A stretch of DNA of 64,000 bases from a virus, in the IMG/VR virus record IMGVR_UViG_3300035703_000025, positions 61,472 through 125,471 of that record; one strand, 5' to 3'. The position numbers and the translations under genes are program-made. The notes below the pieces were generated by a model. It had not been told where the DNA came from and did not search any database. It saw nothing but the letters and a program-made list of their open reading frames with translations. Of this stretch, positions 28,961 to 37,403 are shown piece after piece. Position 1 is the stretch's first letter. The number at the start of each line of letters is the position of its first letter.

Positions 28961-29588
28961 TGTGTGAAAAAGCAGCCTCTATTTCTTTTGGTACACAATT
29001 AAACCGCCCCTTTAGGGACGGTTTTACTTTATTTATAATCGATCTTTTCCTCTCGAAGGAGTCGCCAATCCATTTACCAGTATTACAAAGAACCCAGTAT
29101 TTGTAAAGCGTTATCGCGGCGGATCTTTTGTAAGCCTCAACGTTTATCGGTAGCCCAAATTTTCTTATAGTTTTAACGGCTCGCCTTTCGCAGTCAAGCT
29201 CGCAGGCAATAGTTTTTTTAGTGTAGACACGGCGTAACCGCTTGTTGTAGTTTGCTTCGCCGTTTTCAAGAAGGGAAAGCTTGTAAGTTGCGTCCTCACC
29301 GCCTTTAAGAAACGTGTTCGTGTAAGCCGGAGATCGCTCTATCCATTGCATCATGTGGCAGTACTCGTGCACAAGAAACCCAAGCCATTCGTGAAGCGGC
29401 CTGTCGCCCCTGGCAACCACTATGGTTTTTTCGTTATCAGAATCTAAAAAGTATCCACAGCAAAGGGTGTTACCAGCAGGCTCCCTGACGTTGTTGCTAT
29501 TTTTTATTTTTACAACTACTCCGTGCTCTTTTGCCACAGCCTTAACGTGAGCGATAAAATCTTTAACCCTGCTTTCATTGCTCCCCAT
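28950..29588 (-). CDS. Zincin-type metallopeptidase-like protein (HExxH)
   Basis: LVHEYCH motif with downstream CELDCE. Confidence 0.7.
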   Translation of the reverse strand: MGSNESRVKDFIAHVKAVAKEHGVVVKIKNSNNVREPAGNTLCCGYFLDSDNEKTIVVARGDRPLHEWLGFLVHEYCHMMQWIERSPAYTNTFLKGGEDATYKLSLLENGEANYNKRLRRVYTKKTIACELDCERRAVKTIRKFGLPINVEAYKRSAAITLYKYWVLCNTGKWIGDSFERKRSIINKVKPSLKGRFNCVPKEIEAAFSHIST

Positions 29589-29594
29589 ATGCTA

Positions 29595-29654
29595 TAATAC
29601 ACTTAGACGGATCTTGTAGATCTGTAAAGTGCCCAGCGGTAATTTCGTGTATAT
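29595..29654. promoter_or_regulatory. Divergent pair of GTGTATWW motifs (- at 29595-29602, + at 29647-29654)
   Basis: 14 nt before ATG 29588 and 16 nt before ATG 29663. Confidence 0.65.
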
Positions 29655-29662
29655 TTAATGTA

Positions 29663-31777
29663 ATGCCAAGAATAAAGACAAAAAACTCCACAACATCTAC
29701 GTCAACGCCAGCAAGCGGATCTTTGCTGCAGGGAGAGCTTGCGGTAAACATAACAGACAAAAGACTTTTTGTTGGTAACGCGTCAGGAAATCCAGTAGAA
29801 ATCACAAATCAGGGTGTTACCGCTGTATACGGTTCAACAAGCGGTATTTACGTTACACAAGCAACTGGTTCCACAACAATAGGGCTTGATCCAGACGTTT
29901 ACGTAAGCGGATCGATGCACGTAAGTGGCGTTTTGACTAGTAACATAGGGGCGCTTAATCTTTTTGCGTCAGAGGATCCGACAACTGGGTGGAGCCATTG
30001 GATAACAGCACAATCGTACAATGGGTCATATTCACAGATAGCTGGAAACGACGTTGGTGATTTAATTTTCAGAACACAGTCAAACATTTTTGGGATTGAG
30101 CCTACTGGTGCTCTAGCTGTTACGCTTGATTCGTTTACTGCAACAACGGGATTTCTGTATCCATCACCACTAGATATTCGAATTGGCAACACTAATTCTA
30201 CAACAACGTTTCCTGGCGATGTAAACATAACAAAAACACTTACTGTTGACCACATCAATGGTGATCTAGACGGTTCTGTTCTAAAGGCGTGCAAGAACAC
30301 CGACTCTATAACTCTGCGAAAAGGCGACCCTGTTTTTATTGCTGGCGTTGTTGGCTCTACTGATGTGATTGAGGTTCAGCTTGCGAGAAGCGACACCTCA
30401 GCAAAAATGCCAGCTGTTGGATTGTTATCTCAGCAATTAACAGCAAACGCAACAGGATACGTAACAGTAATTGGTACACTTGATGATGTTGACACTTCTG
30501 CATTTACCGTTGGTAATAGTGTGTTTGTTGCTTCTACTGGCTGGCTTACTGCTGTAAGACCAACAGGGGCAAGCATTCTTGTGCAAAACATTGGTCGTGT
30601 TGGCCGGGTAAACTCTAACAACGGCCAAATAGTTGTGCTTGGACCAGGCAGAACAAACGATGTTCCAAACAACATTTTAGCTTCTGGAACGCTTACTCTA
30701 GGAACCCCTGACATAATAACTCCGCTTGTTGGTACAGCAAGCGTGTTTAACACAAACGTTTCAAGAGTAAACATAGGAACTTCGGCAAGCGGTATACAAA
30801 TAGGTCACGCGACTGGTGTTGTCACAGTTGGTGACCTCTCTGTTAATGACGGAACTATAACAACAACCGCAGCATCTGTAACTGTATTTAATACAACAGC
30901 CACAACACTTTCAATGGGCGGCGCTGCCACAACAATGACTATTGGCGGCACCACATCAGCAAGCACTTTAAACATTGGAACTGGCGCAAACGGAGCTGGT
31001 GTAACAAAGACAATAAATATAGGAACTGGCGCTTCTGTTGGTTCAGCAACAACAAACATAACGATAGGTCCAAACATAGCGTCTACTGGCACGGTAACAA
31101 TAAACGGTAGAACAAACGTAATAGGACCAAACGCAACAGGAATAACAATTGGTGGTCTGCAACTAGACACAACCGTTGGTAGCAGTACTGGGTTTATAGA
31201 TATTGGAACAAACTCGGTTTTTGGTGGCCACAAGATAATAAACATTGGAACAAACGGAACTTTTGGTAATAGCCAAATAACAATCGGAAATACTCTAGGT
31301 GGGCTTATCCTTAAAGGGTCTTCGGCAAGCGGGGTTATCCTTGATTCAGGACCATTGAGAGCGTTAGGCCAATCAATAATTACAAGCTCTGATGTTAGAG
31401 CAACAGGATCTGTTGTTGGTTGGGGCAGCGTACAATCTACTGGCCACATGCTTGCCGCAAGCGGATACCGCATAACATCAAACGCAATAAACGCACAAAC
31501 CGCAACGGGTTACACACTACAGGCTTCGGATAACGGAAGAGTAATAACTTTTAACAGCGCAGGAAGCCACACGCTGCGAATACCGACTGGCCTTGACGTT
31601 GGATTCAACGCCACAATAATTCAGCTTGGAACTGGACAAGTAACTTGCACTGGTCTTTCAGGAGCAACACTAAACTGCTACGCATCTGGAAACAAGATAA
31701 GCGGACAGTTTGGAGCAGCAAGCGTAATTTGCTACGCAACAGACACATACAATTTGGCAGGAACACTCACAGTATGA
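29663..31777 (+). CDS. Tail fibre / virion appendage protein
   Basis: N-terminal GELAVNITDKRLFVG fibre motif; KGDPVF…MPAVGL domain; (I/L)NIGT beta repeats; C-terminal YTLQASDNG…IIQLGTGQV domain. Confidence 0.8.
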   Translation: MPRIKTKNSTTSTSTPASGSLLQGELAVNITDKRLFVGNASGNPVEITNQGVTAVYGSTSGIYVTQATGSTTIGLDPDVYVSGSMHVSGVLTSNIGALNLFASEDPTTGWSHWITAQSYNGSYSQIAGNDVGDLIFRTQSNIFGIEPTGALAVTLDSFTATTGFLYPSPLDIRIGNTNSTTTFPGDVNITKTLTVDHINGDLDGSVLKACKNTDSITLRKGDPVFIAGVVGSTDVIEVQLARSDTSAKMPAVGLLSQQLTANATGYVTVIGTLDDVDTSAFTVGNSVFVASTGWLTAVRPTGASILVQNIGRVGRVNSNNGQIVVLGPGRTNDVPNNILASGTLTLGTPDIITPLVGTASVFNTNVSRVNIGTSASGIQIGHATGVVTVGDLSVNDGTITTTAASVTVFNTTATTLSMGGAATTMTIGGTTSASTLNIGTGANGAGVTKTINIGTGASVGSATTNITIGPNIASTGTVTINGRTNVIGPNATGITIGGLQLDTTVGSSTGFIDIGTNSVFGGHKIINIGTNGTFGNSQITIGNTLGGLILKGSSASGVILDSGPLRALGQSIITSSDVRATGSVVGWGSVQSTGHMLAASGYRITSNAINAQTATGYTLQASDNGRVITFNSAGSHTLRIPTGLDVGFNATIIQLGTGQVTCTGLSGATLNCYASGNKISGQFGAASVICYATDTYNLAGTLTV

Positions 31778-32673
31778 TTGTTCTACCTAGCGCTAAATAT
31801 TTTTCTTCGGTGCCTAGTGTTGCGGAAATAGCTAGGTTTAAAACTAATAGAAGCACCGCGACTTTTGGCGGTCTTAATTCATTTTATGTTTTTACAACAA
31901 CAGGATACGCTGCAGTAACATGGTGGGATGGCGTTACAACAATTTATGGAAGCGGTAATCCAAATGCTCAAATTTTCATATCAAAATCTGTTGTGGCCCC
32001 GTATAACACAACAGCAGAAAAAGATTTTTCTGTTTATTCTTGTGATGTTACTAGCAAAATAATTGGATACATCACAAATATAACGTTTAATTCAAGTTCA
32101 AGATCACCAATAACTTTTATTGATCATTATTCCTTATCACAATTAAGCATTTTCTTTTGTGATTCTGGCACGGGATTGACATCTTATAGGCACAACGGTA
32201 GAATAAATTCATTGAGTTTATCAAGTACTGGCTTAACAAGTCTTGATCTTAGCAATGGGCAGAGATTATATTCTGTAAATTTACCTAACAACTTGCCGCT
32301 TACTTCAATCACTGGCGTGTCTTCGCTTCAAAATCTAGAAATTTTTAACGCTAATGGTGCTGGAATAACGTCTATTGATTTTTCTGGTTTACAGAGACTA
32401 TACGACATCGACTTAAGAAGTTCTTATTTGACATCAATACGAGCTGTCGGGTGCTCTTTAGTTTCTGATTCTTACTCAACCTCTAGTTTTTTCGTTGGTG
32501 GTGCAAAATTGCAAAACACTGGTTTAAATTCAACAGCTATAAATCAGTTTTTTACAGACCTTGCTAACGGTGACGGGTATATAAACATAGGCTGTGCAAC
32601 AGGTGCTGGATCAGCAGACTCATCAATAGCGACAGCTAAGGGATATACGGTTCTAGGAAACGTGCCGTGTTAA
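31774..32673 (+). CDS. Leucine-rich-repeat-like protein
   Basis: Start reassigned to ATG 31774 (ATGA overlap); LSLSSTGLTSLDLS, LTSITGVSSLQNLE and ITSIDFSGLQRL repeats. Confidence 0.7.
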   Translation: MIVLPSAKYFSSVPSVAEIARFKTNRSTATFGGLNSFYVFTTTGYAAVTWWDGVTTIYGSGNPNAQIFISKSVVAPYNTTAEKDFSVYSCDVTSKIIGYITNITFNSSSRSPITFIDHYSLSQLSIFFCDSGTGLTSYRHNGRINSLSLSSTGLTSLDLSNGQRLYSVNLPNNLPLTSITGVSSLQNLEIFNANGAGITSIDFSGLQRLYDIDLRSSYLTSIRAVGCSLVSDSYSTSSFFVGGAKLQNTGLNSTAINQFFTDLANGDGYINIGCATGAGSADSSIATAKGYTVLGNVPC

Positions 32674-32676
32674 AAA

Positions 32677-33333
32677 ATGATTTACTTTATAACACCAAAT
32701 TATAGTCTAGCGTTTATACCAAAGTCTGGATGCTCAACCTTATCTAGGTGCGTAATAAAAGCCTTTCAGCCAACTGAGGAGTCTTTAATTGAAAATGCGG
32801 ATTTCCCAGAAGGAAAAAACGCAAACAATTCAATGTGGCAAACATATGTACTAAGGGAAAAATATCCATCAAAACCCATACTTGCAATGATACGGGATCC
32901 AGTAGAAAGATTCCGATCTGCAGTTTCTCAATTTAAAACTAATGACGTTGACTCAATTATTAACTCGTTAATTAATAATACCGCCTTTGATTCTGGTGGA
33001 AAGCGTCGAAAGCAAATAATTGCTAGTAAAAATAGACACTTTATGCCGCAGATCCTTTGGGTTGACGTAAACACAAAGCTTTATAAGTTTCCAGAACACA
33101 TAAACGAGGCGGCTGCTGAGATAGGTTTTATACTGCCGCTTCCTCAAATAAACGCAGCGTCTTATCCAAAGCCAACCCTTACGGCCGAGCAGACAGCTGT
33201 TTTGGAGGAGTATTACGCAGAGGATATTGCGCTATTTGAGTCAATTGTTTCTCCTGGAATAATAACAGGGGTGATTTCGGCAAATCCAGTGAGTCTAGTT
33301 CCTCCAGTTATTCCTGATGATGAGGAGCCTTAA
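32677..33333 (+). CDS. Sulfotransferase family 2-like protein
   Basis: FIPKSGCST (5'-PSB), IRDPVERFRSA (3'-PB) and HFMPQ motifs. Confidence 0.8.
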   Translation: MIYFITPNYSLAFIPKSGCSTLSRCVIKAFQPTEESLIENADFPEGKNANNSMWQTYVLREKYPSKPILAMIRDPVERFRSAVSQFKTNDVDSIINSLINNTAFDSGGKRRKQIIASKNRHFMPQILWVDVNTKLYKFPEHINEAAAEIGFILPLPQINAASYPKPTLTAEQTAVLEEYYAEDIALFESIVSPGIITGVISANPVSLVPPVIPDDEEP

Positions 33334-33338
33334 AATTT

Positions 33339-33346
33339 GTGTATAA
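33339..33346 (+). promoter_or_regulatory. GTGTATWW late-promoter-like motif
   Basis: GTGTATAA, 14 nt before ATG 33353. Confidence 0.65.
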
Positions 33347-33352
33347 TAATAC

Positions 33353-33634
33353 ATGGGCTTAGCTAATAACAAGATTAAGAGCGCACTGAGAAAATTGCAA
33401 ATAGCAATGGGGACAGAAATAACCTCGTACAAAGGTATAAAGGTTGGCGATCGCGTAAAAGACGTAAATCAGCAGTGCATGCATTACGGCAGCGTAGGGG
33501 TCGTTACTATGATTGAGGCCCTGCCAGAAAACAGCGGATACCTTATTCATTATACCGTAGAAAATGACGGACCTTCGTATGGCCCAGGAACAGTGCTCAA
33601 AAAGACAGAAGATCAATTGGAAAAACTATCATGA
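33353..33634 (+). CDS. Small SH3/KOW-like protein with basic leader
   Basis: IKVGDRVKD…GSVGVV. Confidence 0.65.
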   Translation: MGLANNKIKSALRKLQIAMGTEITSYKGIKVGDRVKDVNQQCMHYGSVGVVTMIEALPENSGYLIHYTVENDGPSYGPGTVLKKTEDQLEKLS

Positions 33635-33864
33635 ACGAAGAAGAAAACGATTACGATTACACACCACAGCAGCCAGCGGTTGCTAGCATTTCCGAGGGCG
33701 ACATAGTTAGCTGCGGAAACAAGGACTCGGTTAACTTTGGCGTCTGGGGCGAGGTTTTAGAGGTTAACTCAGGAATTGCAACCATTAAAATAATGAATCC
33801 TGAGTTTCCTCGCAACACTGGCTGGACCATAACGGAGAGTGTTGAGGGTCTGGAGAAGTTATGA
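33631..33864 (+). CDS. Small acidic SH3/KOW-like protein
   Basis: ISEGDIV…GVWGEV; similar to the previous gene, both end in LEKL. Confidence 0.6.
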   Translation: MNEEENDYDYTPQQPAVASISEGDIVSCGNKDSVNFGVWGEVLEVNSGIATIKIMNPEFPRNTGWTITESVEGLEKL

Positions 33865-34250
33865 ACGATTCGGAACTTGACGTAATTTTTGCTTCAGAGA
33901 AAGCCCAGGCAGTTGAGTATCAGGGTAAAAAAGTAACCCTAAATCAACCAAGACGAATAGGTAAGGGCGATCCTGGCTACGGGAAGAAGAAATTCTACGT
34001 TTACGTCAAGAACGATCGCGGAAATGTTGTCCGCGTAATGTTCGGTGATCCAAACATGGAAATACGACGTGACGACCCAAAGAGAAGAAAAAATTACAGA
34101 TCACGTCACGGGTGCAGTAATCCTGGTCCAAAATGGAAGGCTAACTACTGGTCCTGCAAGATGTGGGAAGCTAAGAAGTCTGTTACTGACTACACAAGCA
34201 GCTCAGTAATTTCTTCTTTTATTAAAGCAATAAACGAAGCTTCTATTTAG
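33861..34250 (+). CDS. Conserved basic phage protein (EYQG.KV.LN.P…FGDPNM…RH.C family)
   Basis: Motif set recognised from large-phage head-associated proteins. Confidence 0.7.
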   Translation: MNDSELDVIFASEKAQAVEYQGKKVTLNQPRRIGKGDPGYGKKKFYVYVKNDRGNVVRVMFGDPNMEIRRDDPKRRKNYRSRHGCSNPGPKWKANYWSCKMWEAKKSVTDYTSSSVISSFIKAINEASI

Positions 34251-35053
34251 GCTTCCATCCCGCCACCAGCATCTTGCGGGGGATCTTGATTTAGCCAAGC
34301 CAATAGGGCCATAAGTATAACTCCAGTAGCGCCAGACGCAATGCCGACTGGAAGGCCAAGGCCGCTAAGTGCAGCAGCTAGACCTAATAACACAGCAGCA
34401 CCAGCGATTACCCAAAGCACAGTTCTATTTGTTTCTGCCCACGCTGCTATTTCTGCCGCAATACTAGGACTTGAGCCTGGCTGATTTAAAGCCCAAAGAT
34501 AAACGGCTGCTACTGTTGCCGCAGAGGTTCCGTAGTTTACTAGCCATCTCAGGGCGTCGTCCTGATTTTTTTGCATAATGTATTTGCCAATCAAGTCCTC
34601 AATGGTTATAGCCATACCGTCTGAGATTCTTCTAAGCTCGGCAACAAACTCTGGATTTTCCAAAACTCCATCTCTGCAGTTTTTAGGTAATGATTGAAAT
34701 ATTTGCCGGAGAGCCTCTGCCGCCGCAGCAAACTCATTTTGGCTAGCCGCTTCATTTAATTTTTTCATCGCTGCGCTTAAAGACTCAAGAACCCCAGCTA
34801 GTCTTCTTTTGCAGAACGGATCAAGGTATTTCCAAAGAGATCTCAATGCCCAAACTAGAATTGGGGCAAGCGAAAGCCCTGTAATCCATTTTTCCCAGGC
34901 AATTTCGGTTTCCTTGTCTGGTTTTTCTGCTGGTTCGCTAACAGGACCTATGTCTTCAAATGTTTGGGTCTGGCCTGGCGCTAAAACAGTATCGCCTCTT
35001 TTTGCTGCGACTTTTGCTATGTAATTAAAAAGCTTTACGTCTTTACTGTTCAT
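34247..35053 (-). CDS. Membrane-inserting protein with C-terminal hydrophobic hairpin (paralog of 35050-36015)
   Basis: 268 aa; long Ala/Gly/Leu hydrophobic segments. Confidence 0.7.
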   Translation of the reverse strand: MNSKDVKLFNYIAKVAAKRGDTVLAPGQTQTFEDIGPVSEPAEKPDKETEIAWEKWITGLSLAPILVWALRSLWKYLDPFCKRRLAGVLESLSAAMKKLNEAASQNEFAAAAEALRQIFQSLPKNCRDGVLENPEFVAELRRISDGMAITIEDLIGKYIMQKNQDDALRWLVNYGTSAATVAAVYLWALNQPGSSPSIAAEIAAWAETNRTVLWVIAGAAVLLGLAAALSGLGLPVGIASGATGVILMALLAWLNQDPPQDAGGGMEA

Positions 35054-36015
35054 GTGGCTGGCAATACTTGTCTAGCTATTTGCTGAATTATTTCATTTAT
35101 TCTCTGAATAGCTGCTGAACTCAAACCAGCGCCAGCAGCAGCAGTAGATATTATCCCGCTAGCTGTGGAGCTAAGCCAAGCAGCAATACCAGCTACAGTA
35201 CCGCCAGCCAGGAAGAACGCGCTAAGACCAATAAGAACGGCGGTTAGAACACCAACAATTACAGTATAACCAACGCCATACTCTTCTACAAAACCCTGAC
35301 TAAGCACTTCTGCTGCTAGAACAAGCGCTGCCTCTCCTGCTCCAGCACCAAATTGATAGACAGCTGCTGCAATCGCAGCACCAAATGCATACAAATCCCC
35401 ATTGTTTAAAAACGAATCCCAGAAACGCTTAATTGATTCAAGTAGCTCTTTTGGTAGATTCGGGAACTTTGATACAAATGTGGCGTACATTAGATCTTTT
35501 ATGAATTTGTCTAGGGTTCCATCAGCAATGCATCTTCTTAATTGCCGCTTAACGTCCTCAATATTTGGATCAGAAGAATAAAGATTGTCTACTGCCCTAT
35601 TTAAAGTGTCTCTGTAGTTTGATGATTGCCATTTTTGCCAAAGCTCTCTAGCCTTCATCAAGGTATCACCAGTAGATGGATTTCCACTTAAGTAGCTTCC
35701 TATGGTGCCACCAAAAACGCCTTGAACCATTCCGTTTAGTAGTTGAAGGAAAGGGCCTTTGAGATATCTACCGAAAAGCTTAAGGCATTCTTTTTTCTTT
35801 CCTAGATATTTTAAAACTTGGTCAACGATCCAACTTAAGCCAGTAAATACTCCCATTCCGCCCAAAATACTGATGGCCCACCAGTCTGATTCGCCAAGAC
35901 CTAAAAAAGAACCACCTTCTTCAGCCTCGCCAGGAACACCAGTGGCCAGTTGAGTCTGGTCTTCTCTTGCTAAAGCAATTTGATTAAGCGTTTTTATAAA
36001 GCGGAAGCTTTCCAT
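35050..36015 (-). CDS. Membrane-inserting protein with C-terminal hydrophobic hairpin
   Basis: 321 aa; several hydrophobic helices; late motif upstream. Confidence 0.7.
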   Translation of the reverse strand: MESFRFIKTLNQIALAREDQTQLATGVPGEAEEGGSFLGLGESDWWAISILGGMGVFTGLSWIVDQVLKYLGKKKECLKLFGRYLKGPFLQLLNGMVQGVFGGTIGSYLSGNPSTGDTLMKARELWQKWQSSNYRDTLNRAVDNLYSSDPNIEDVKRQLRRCIADGTLDKFIKDLMYATFVSKFPNLPKELLESIKRFWDSFLNNGDLYAFGAAIAAAVYQFGAGAGEAALVLAAEVLSQGFVEEYGVGYTVIVGVLTAVLIGLSAFFLAGGTVAGIAAWLSSTASGIISTAAAGAGLSSAAIQRINEIIQQIARQVLPAT

Positions 36016-36021
36016 ATAGCG

Positions 36022-36029
36022 TAATACAC
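36022..36029 (-). promoter_or_regulatory. GTGTATWW late-promoter-like motif
   Basis: GTGTATTA, 14 nt before ATG 36015. Confidence 0.65.
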
Positions 36030-36030
36030 G

Positions 36031-36237
36031 CTAATCTTTTAGTGTGAAAAACTTTTTCTTGTGATGCGCAAGCTTTGCGTACTTTAATACATCAATAACA
36101 CTGTCTATTTCTTCAATAGAAGATAGGAAAACAGAGCTGCTATCAGACTTAAGCTCTATGCTGTATTCCCTTTCAATTATTTCAATTCCGCGAACTTTAT
36201 GACGTGCTTTTACGGTTCCAAAGTTATTGAAATTCAT
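36031..36237 (-). CDS. Hypothetical protein
   Basis: Likely start at ATG 36237 (MNFNNFG…). Confidence 0.55.
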   Translation of the reverse strand: MNFNNFGTVKARHKVRGIEIIEREYSIELKSDSSSVFLSSIEEIDSVIDVLKYAKLAHHKKKFFTLKD

Positions 36238-36421
36238 TTTTTTCTCTAGGGTCACAGTTAATCTCAACCCCATCAACCTTTGTAAATGTCTTTGCGTAAT
36301 CTATGGCTCTAGTCCAAAGCTCGTAGTCCATCTCTTTAGTGTATTCGGCAAACTTAAGACCAAATATTATCATGGCCTTTGCAAGCCTTGGGTCCATATC
36401 GCGCATGTCTATATCATCCAT
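36224..36421 (-). CDS. Hypothetical protein
   Basis: 65-aa ORF in operon. Confidence 0.6.
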   Translation of the reverse strand: MDDIDMRDMDPRLAKAMIIFGLKFAEYTKEMDYELWTRAIDYAKTFTKVDGVEINCDPREKNEFQ

Positions 36422-36422
36422 T

Positions 36423-37298
36423 TTAATTAAGTATCCATGTTTGAGGTCTATTATTCCATAGACCAGTATTTAATTGCGAATATCCTAAGTCTTTCATCGC
36501 CCTTGAAAAAAAAGAACCCATAGATGTTGATTTTATTTTAACATTGTTTCTTTTGTAAACATCAAAGTGACCAATTGCTTTTGCGGTAAAAGCATTTGCG
36601 ATAATCATTCTTTTTGGTTTAATTGCTTTAAATATCTCGTTAAGATGATCAATTGGGTCTTCGAAGTGCTCAAAATACTCAGAAGCAAACGCAACATCTA
36701 CATTGGTAGCTATATCTGCAGCGCTTTCAACAAGACCGAAATCATATTCATTTGATAAAAAGCTAGCCACCCTCCATTGATCTGATGCTATGATATTTGT
36801 TCCAATCACAGAAGCGTCTGGAAAGGCTTGTTTAAAGGCTGCGCTTGTTATACCAATCCCATTGCCAAGATCAGCTATAATAGAGCCTTTTTTGATCTCA
36901 CCGAAAATTCCTCTAGGTATACAAACTGTGGGAATTGCAATTTCTTTTATGTACTTTCTTGAGTACACTAACCAACAAGCCCAAACCTCACTTAAATACT
37001 CTTTTTTGCTGTATATCTCATACGCGGGACTACCGCTAGATAAGCGATCGTACCAATCTAGCATAAGAAGCTCTAGTTCTTTTGACTTATTTCTTTTGTC
37101 CTTTGGGTTTTTAAGATGATCAATAGTTTGCTTTGCAATTTTTAAAAGATGGTCTGTGTCATCTATGCCAGAGCATTCTAGTATGCTCCTAAAAAACATT
37201 AGACCCTGTGAAGATGTCATATTCCAAAGCTTATAGCTAGGTTTAGAAAAAGAACACGCTCTTGTTTTTCTCTCAATATTGTTTTGAGTGATCTTCAT
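36423..37298 (-). CDS. Class I SAM-dependent methyltransferase
   Basis: IADLGNGIG motif I and FASEYFEHFEDP; AAGGA RBS. Confidence 0.8.
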   Translation of the reverse strand: MKITQNNIERKTRACSFSKPSYKLWNMTSSQGLMFFRSILECSGIDDTDHLLKIAKQTIDHLKNPKDKRNKSKELELLMLDWYDRLSSGSPAYEIYSKKEYLSEVWACWLVYSRKYIKEIAIPTVCIPRGIFGEIKKGSIIADLGNGIGITSAAFKQAFPDASVIGTNIIASDQWRVASFLSNEYDFGLVESAADIATNVDVAFASEYFEHFEDPIDHLNEIFKAIKPKRMIIANAFTAKAIGHFDVYKRNNVKIKSTSMGSFFSRAMKDLGYSQLNTGLWNNRPQTWILN

Positions 37299-37307
37299 GT
37301 TGTCCTT

Positions 37308-37342
37308 AAAAAGCCCATCAGAACAGTTACGAACTGATGGGC
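37308..37342 (-). terminator. Rho-independent terminator
   Basis: GCCCATCAG…CTGATGGGC perfect 9-bp stem followed by TTTTT. Confidence 0.85.
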
Positions 37343-37392
37343 AACTACGCGTAACTCAGACGGGCCTAAGATGCCCGAATAGCGTAATCACC
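37308..37392 (-). ncRNA. Candidate structured small RNA / riboswitch-like leader
   Basis: 11-bp P1 enclosing a CGGGC/GCCCG hairpin, overlapping a terminator; preceded by a GTGTATAT motif. Confidence 0.5.
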
Positions 37393-37395
37393 TAT

Positions 37396-37403
37396 ATATA
37401 CAC
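37396..37403 (-). promoter_or_regulatory. GTGTATWW late-promoter-like motif
   Basis: GTGTATAT directly after the dnaE-N stop codon. Confidence 0.55.

Noticed and set aside
30430-31473. Long antisense ORFs (also 3084-3491, 18512-19024, 25726-26205, and the same-strand alternate frame 51010-51693)
   Set aside because: Shadow frames of well-supported genes, with no RBS, promoter motif or recognisable domains
29663-31777. (A/S/P)-T-G tripeptide as a glycosylation sequon in structural proteins
   Set aside because: Frequent, but roughly what the high Thr and Gly content predicts; not supportable without statistics
27748-36015. Sec signal peptides (A-x-A motifs) on cassette proteins
   Set aside because: The N-termini are charged amphipathic helices without a hydrophobic h-region
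37308-37392. tRNA or known ribozyme
   Set aside because: No cloverleaf or T-loop, and no complete hammerhead core (CUGAnGA…GAAA); no tRNA genes were noticed in the window
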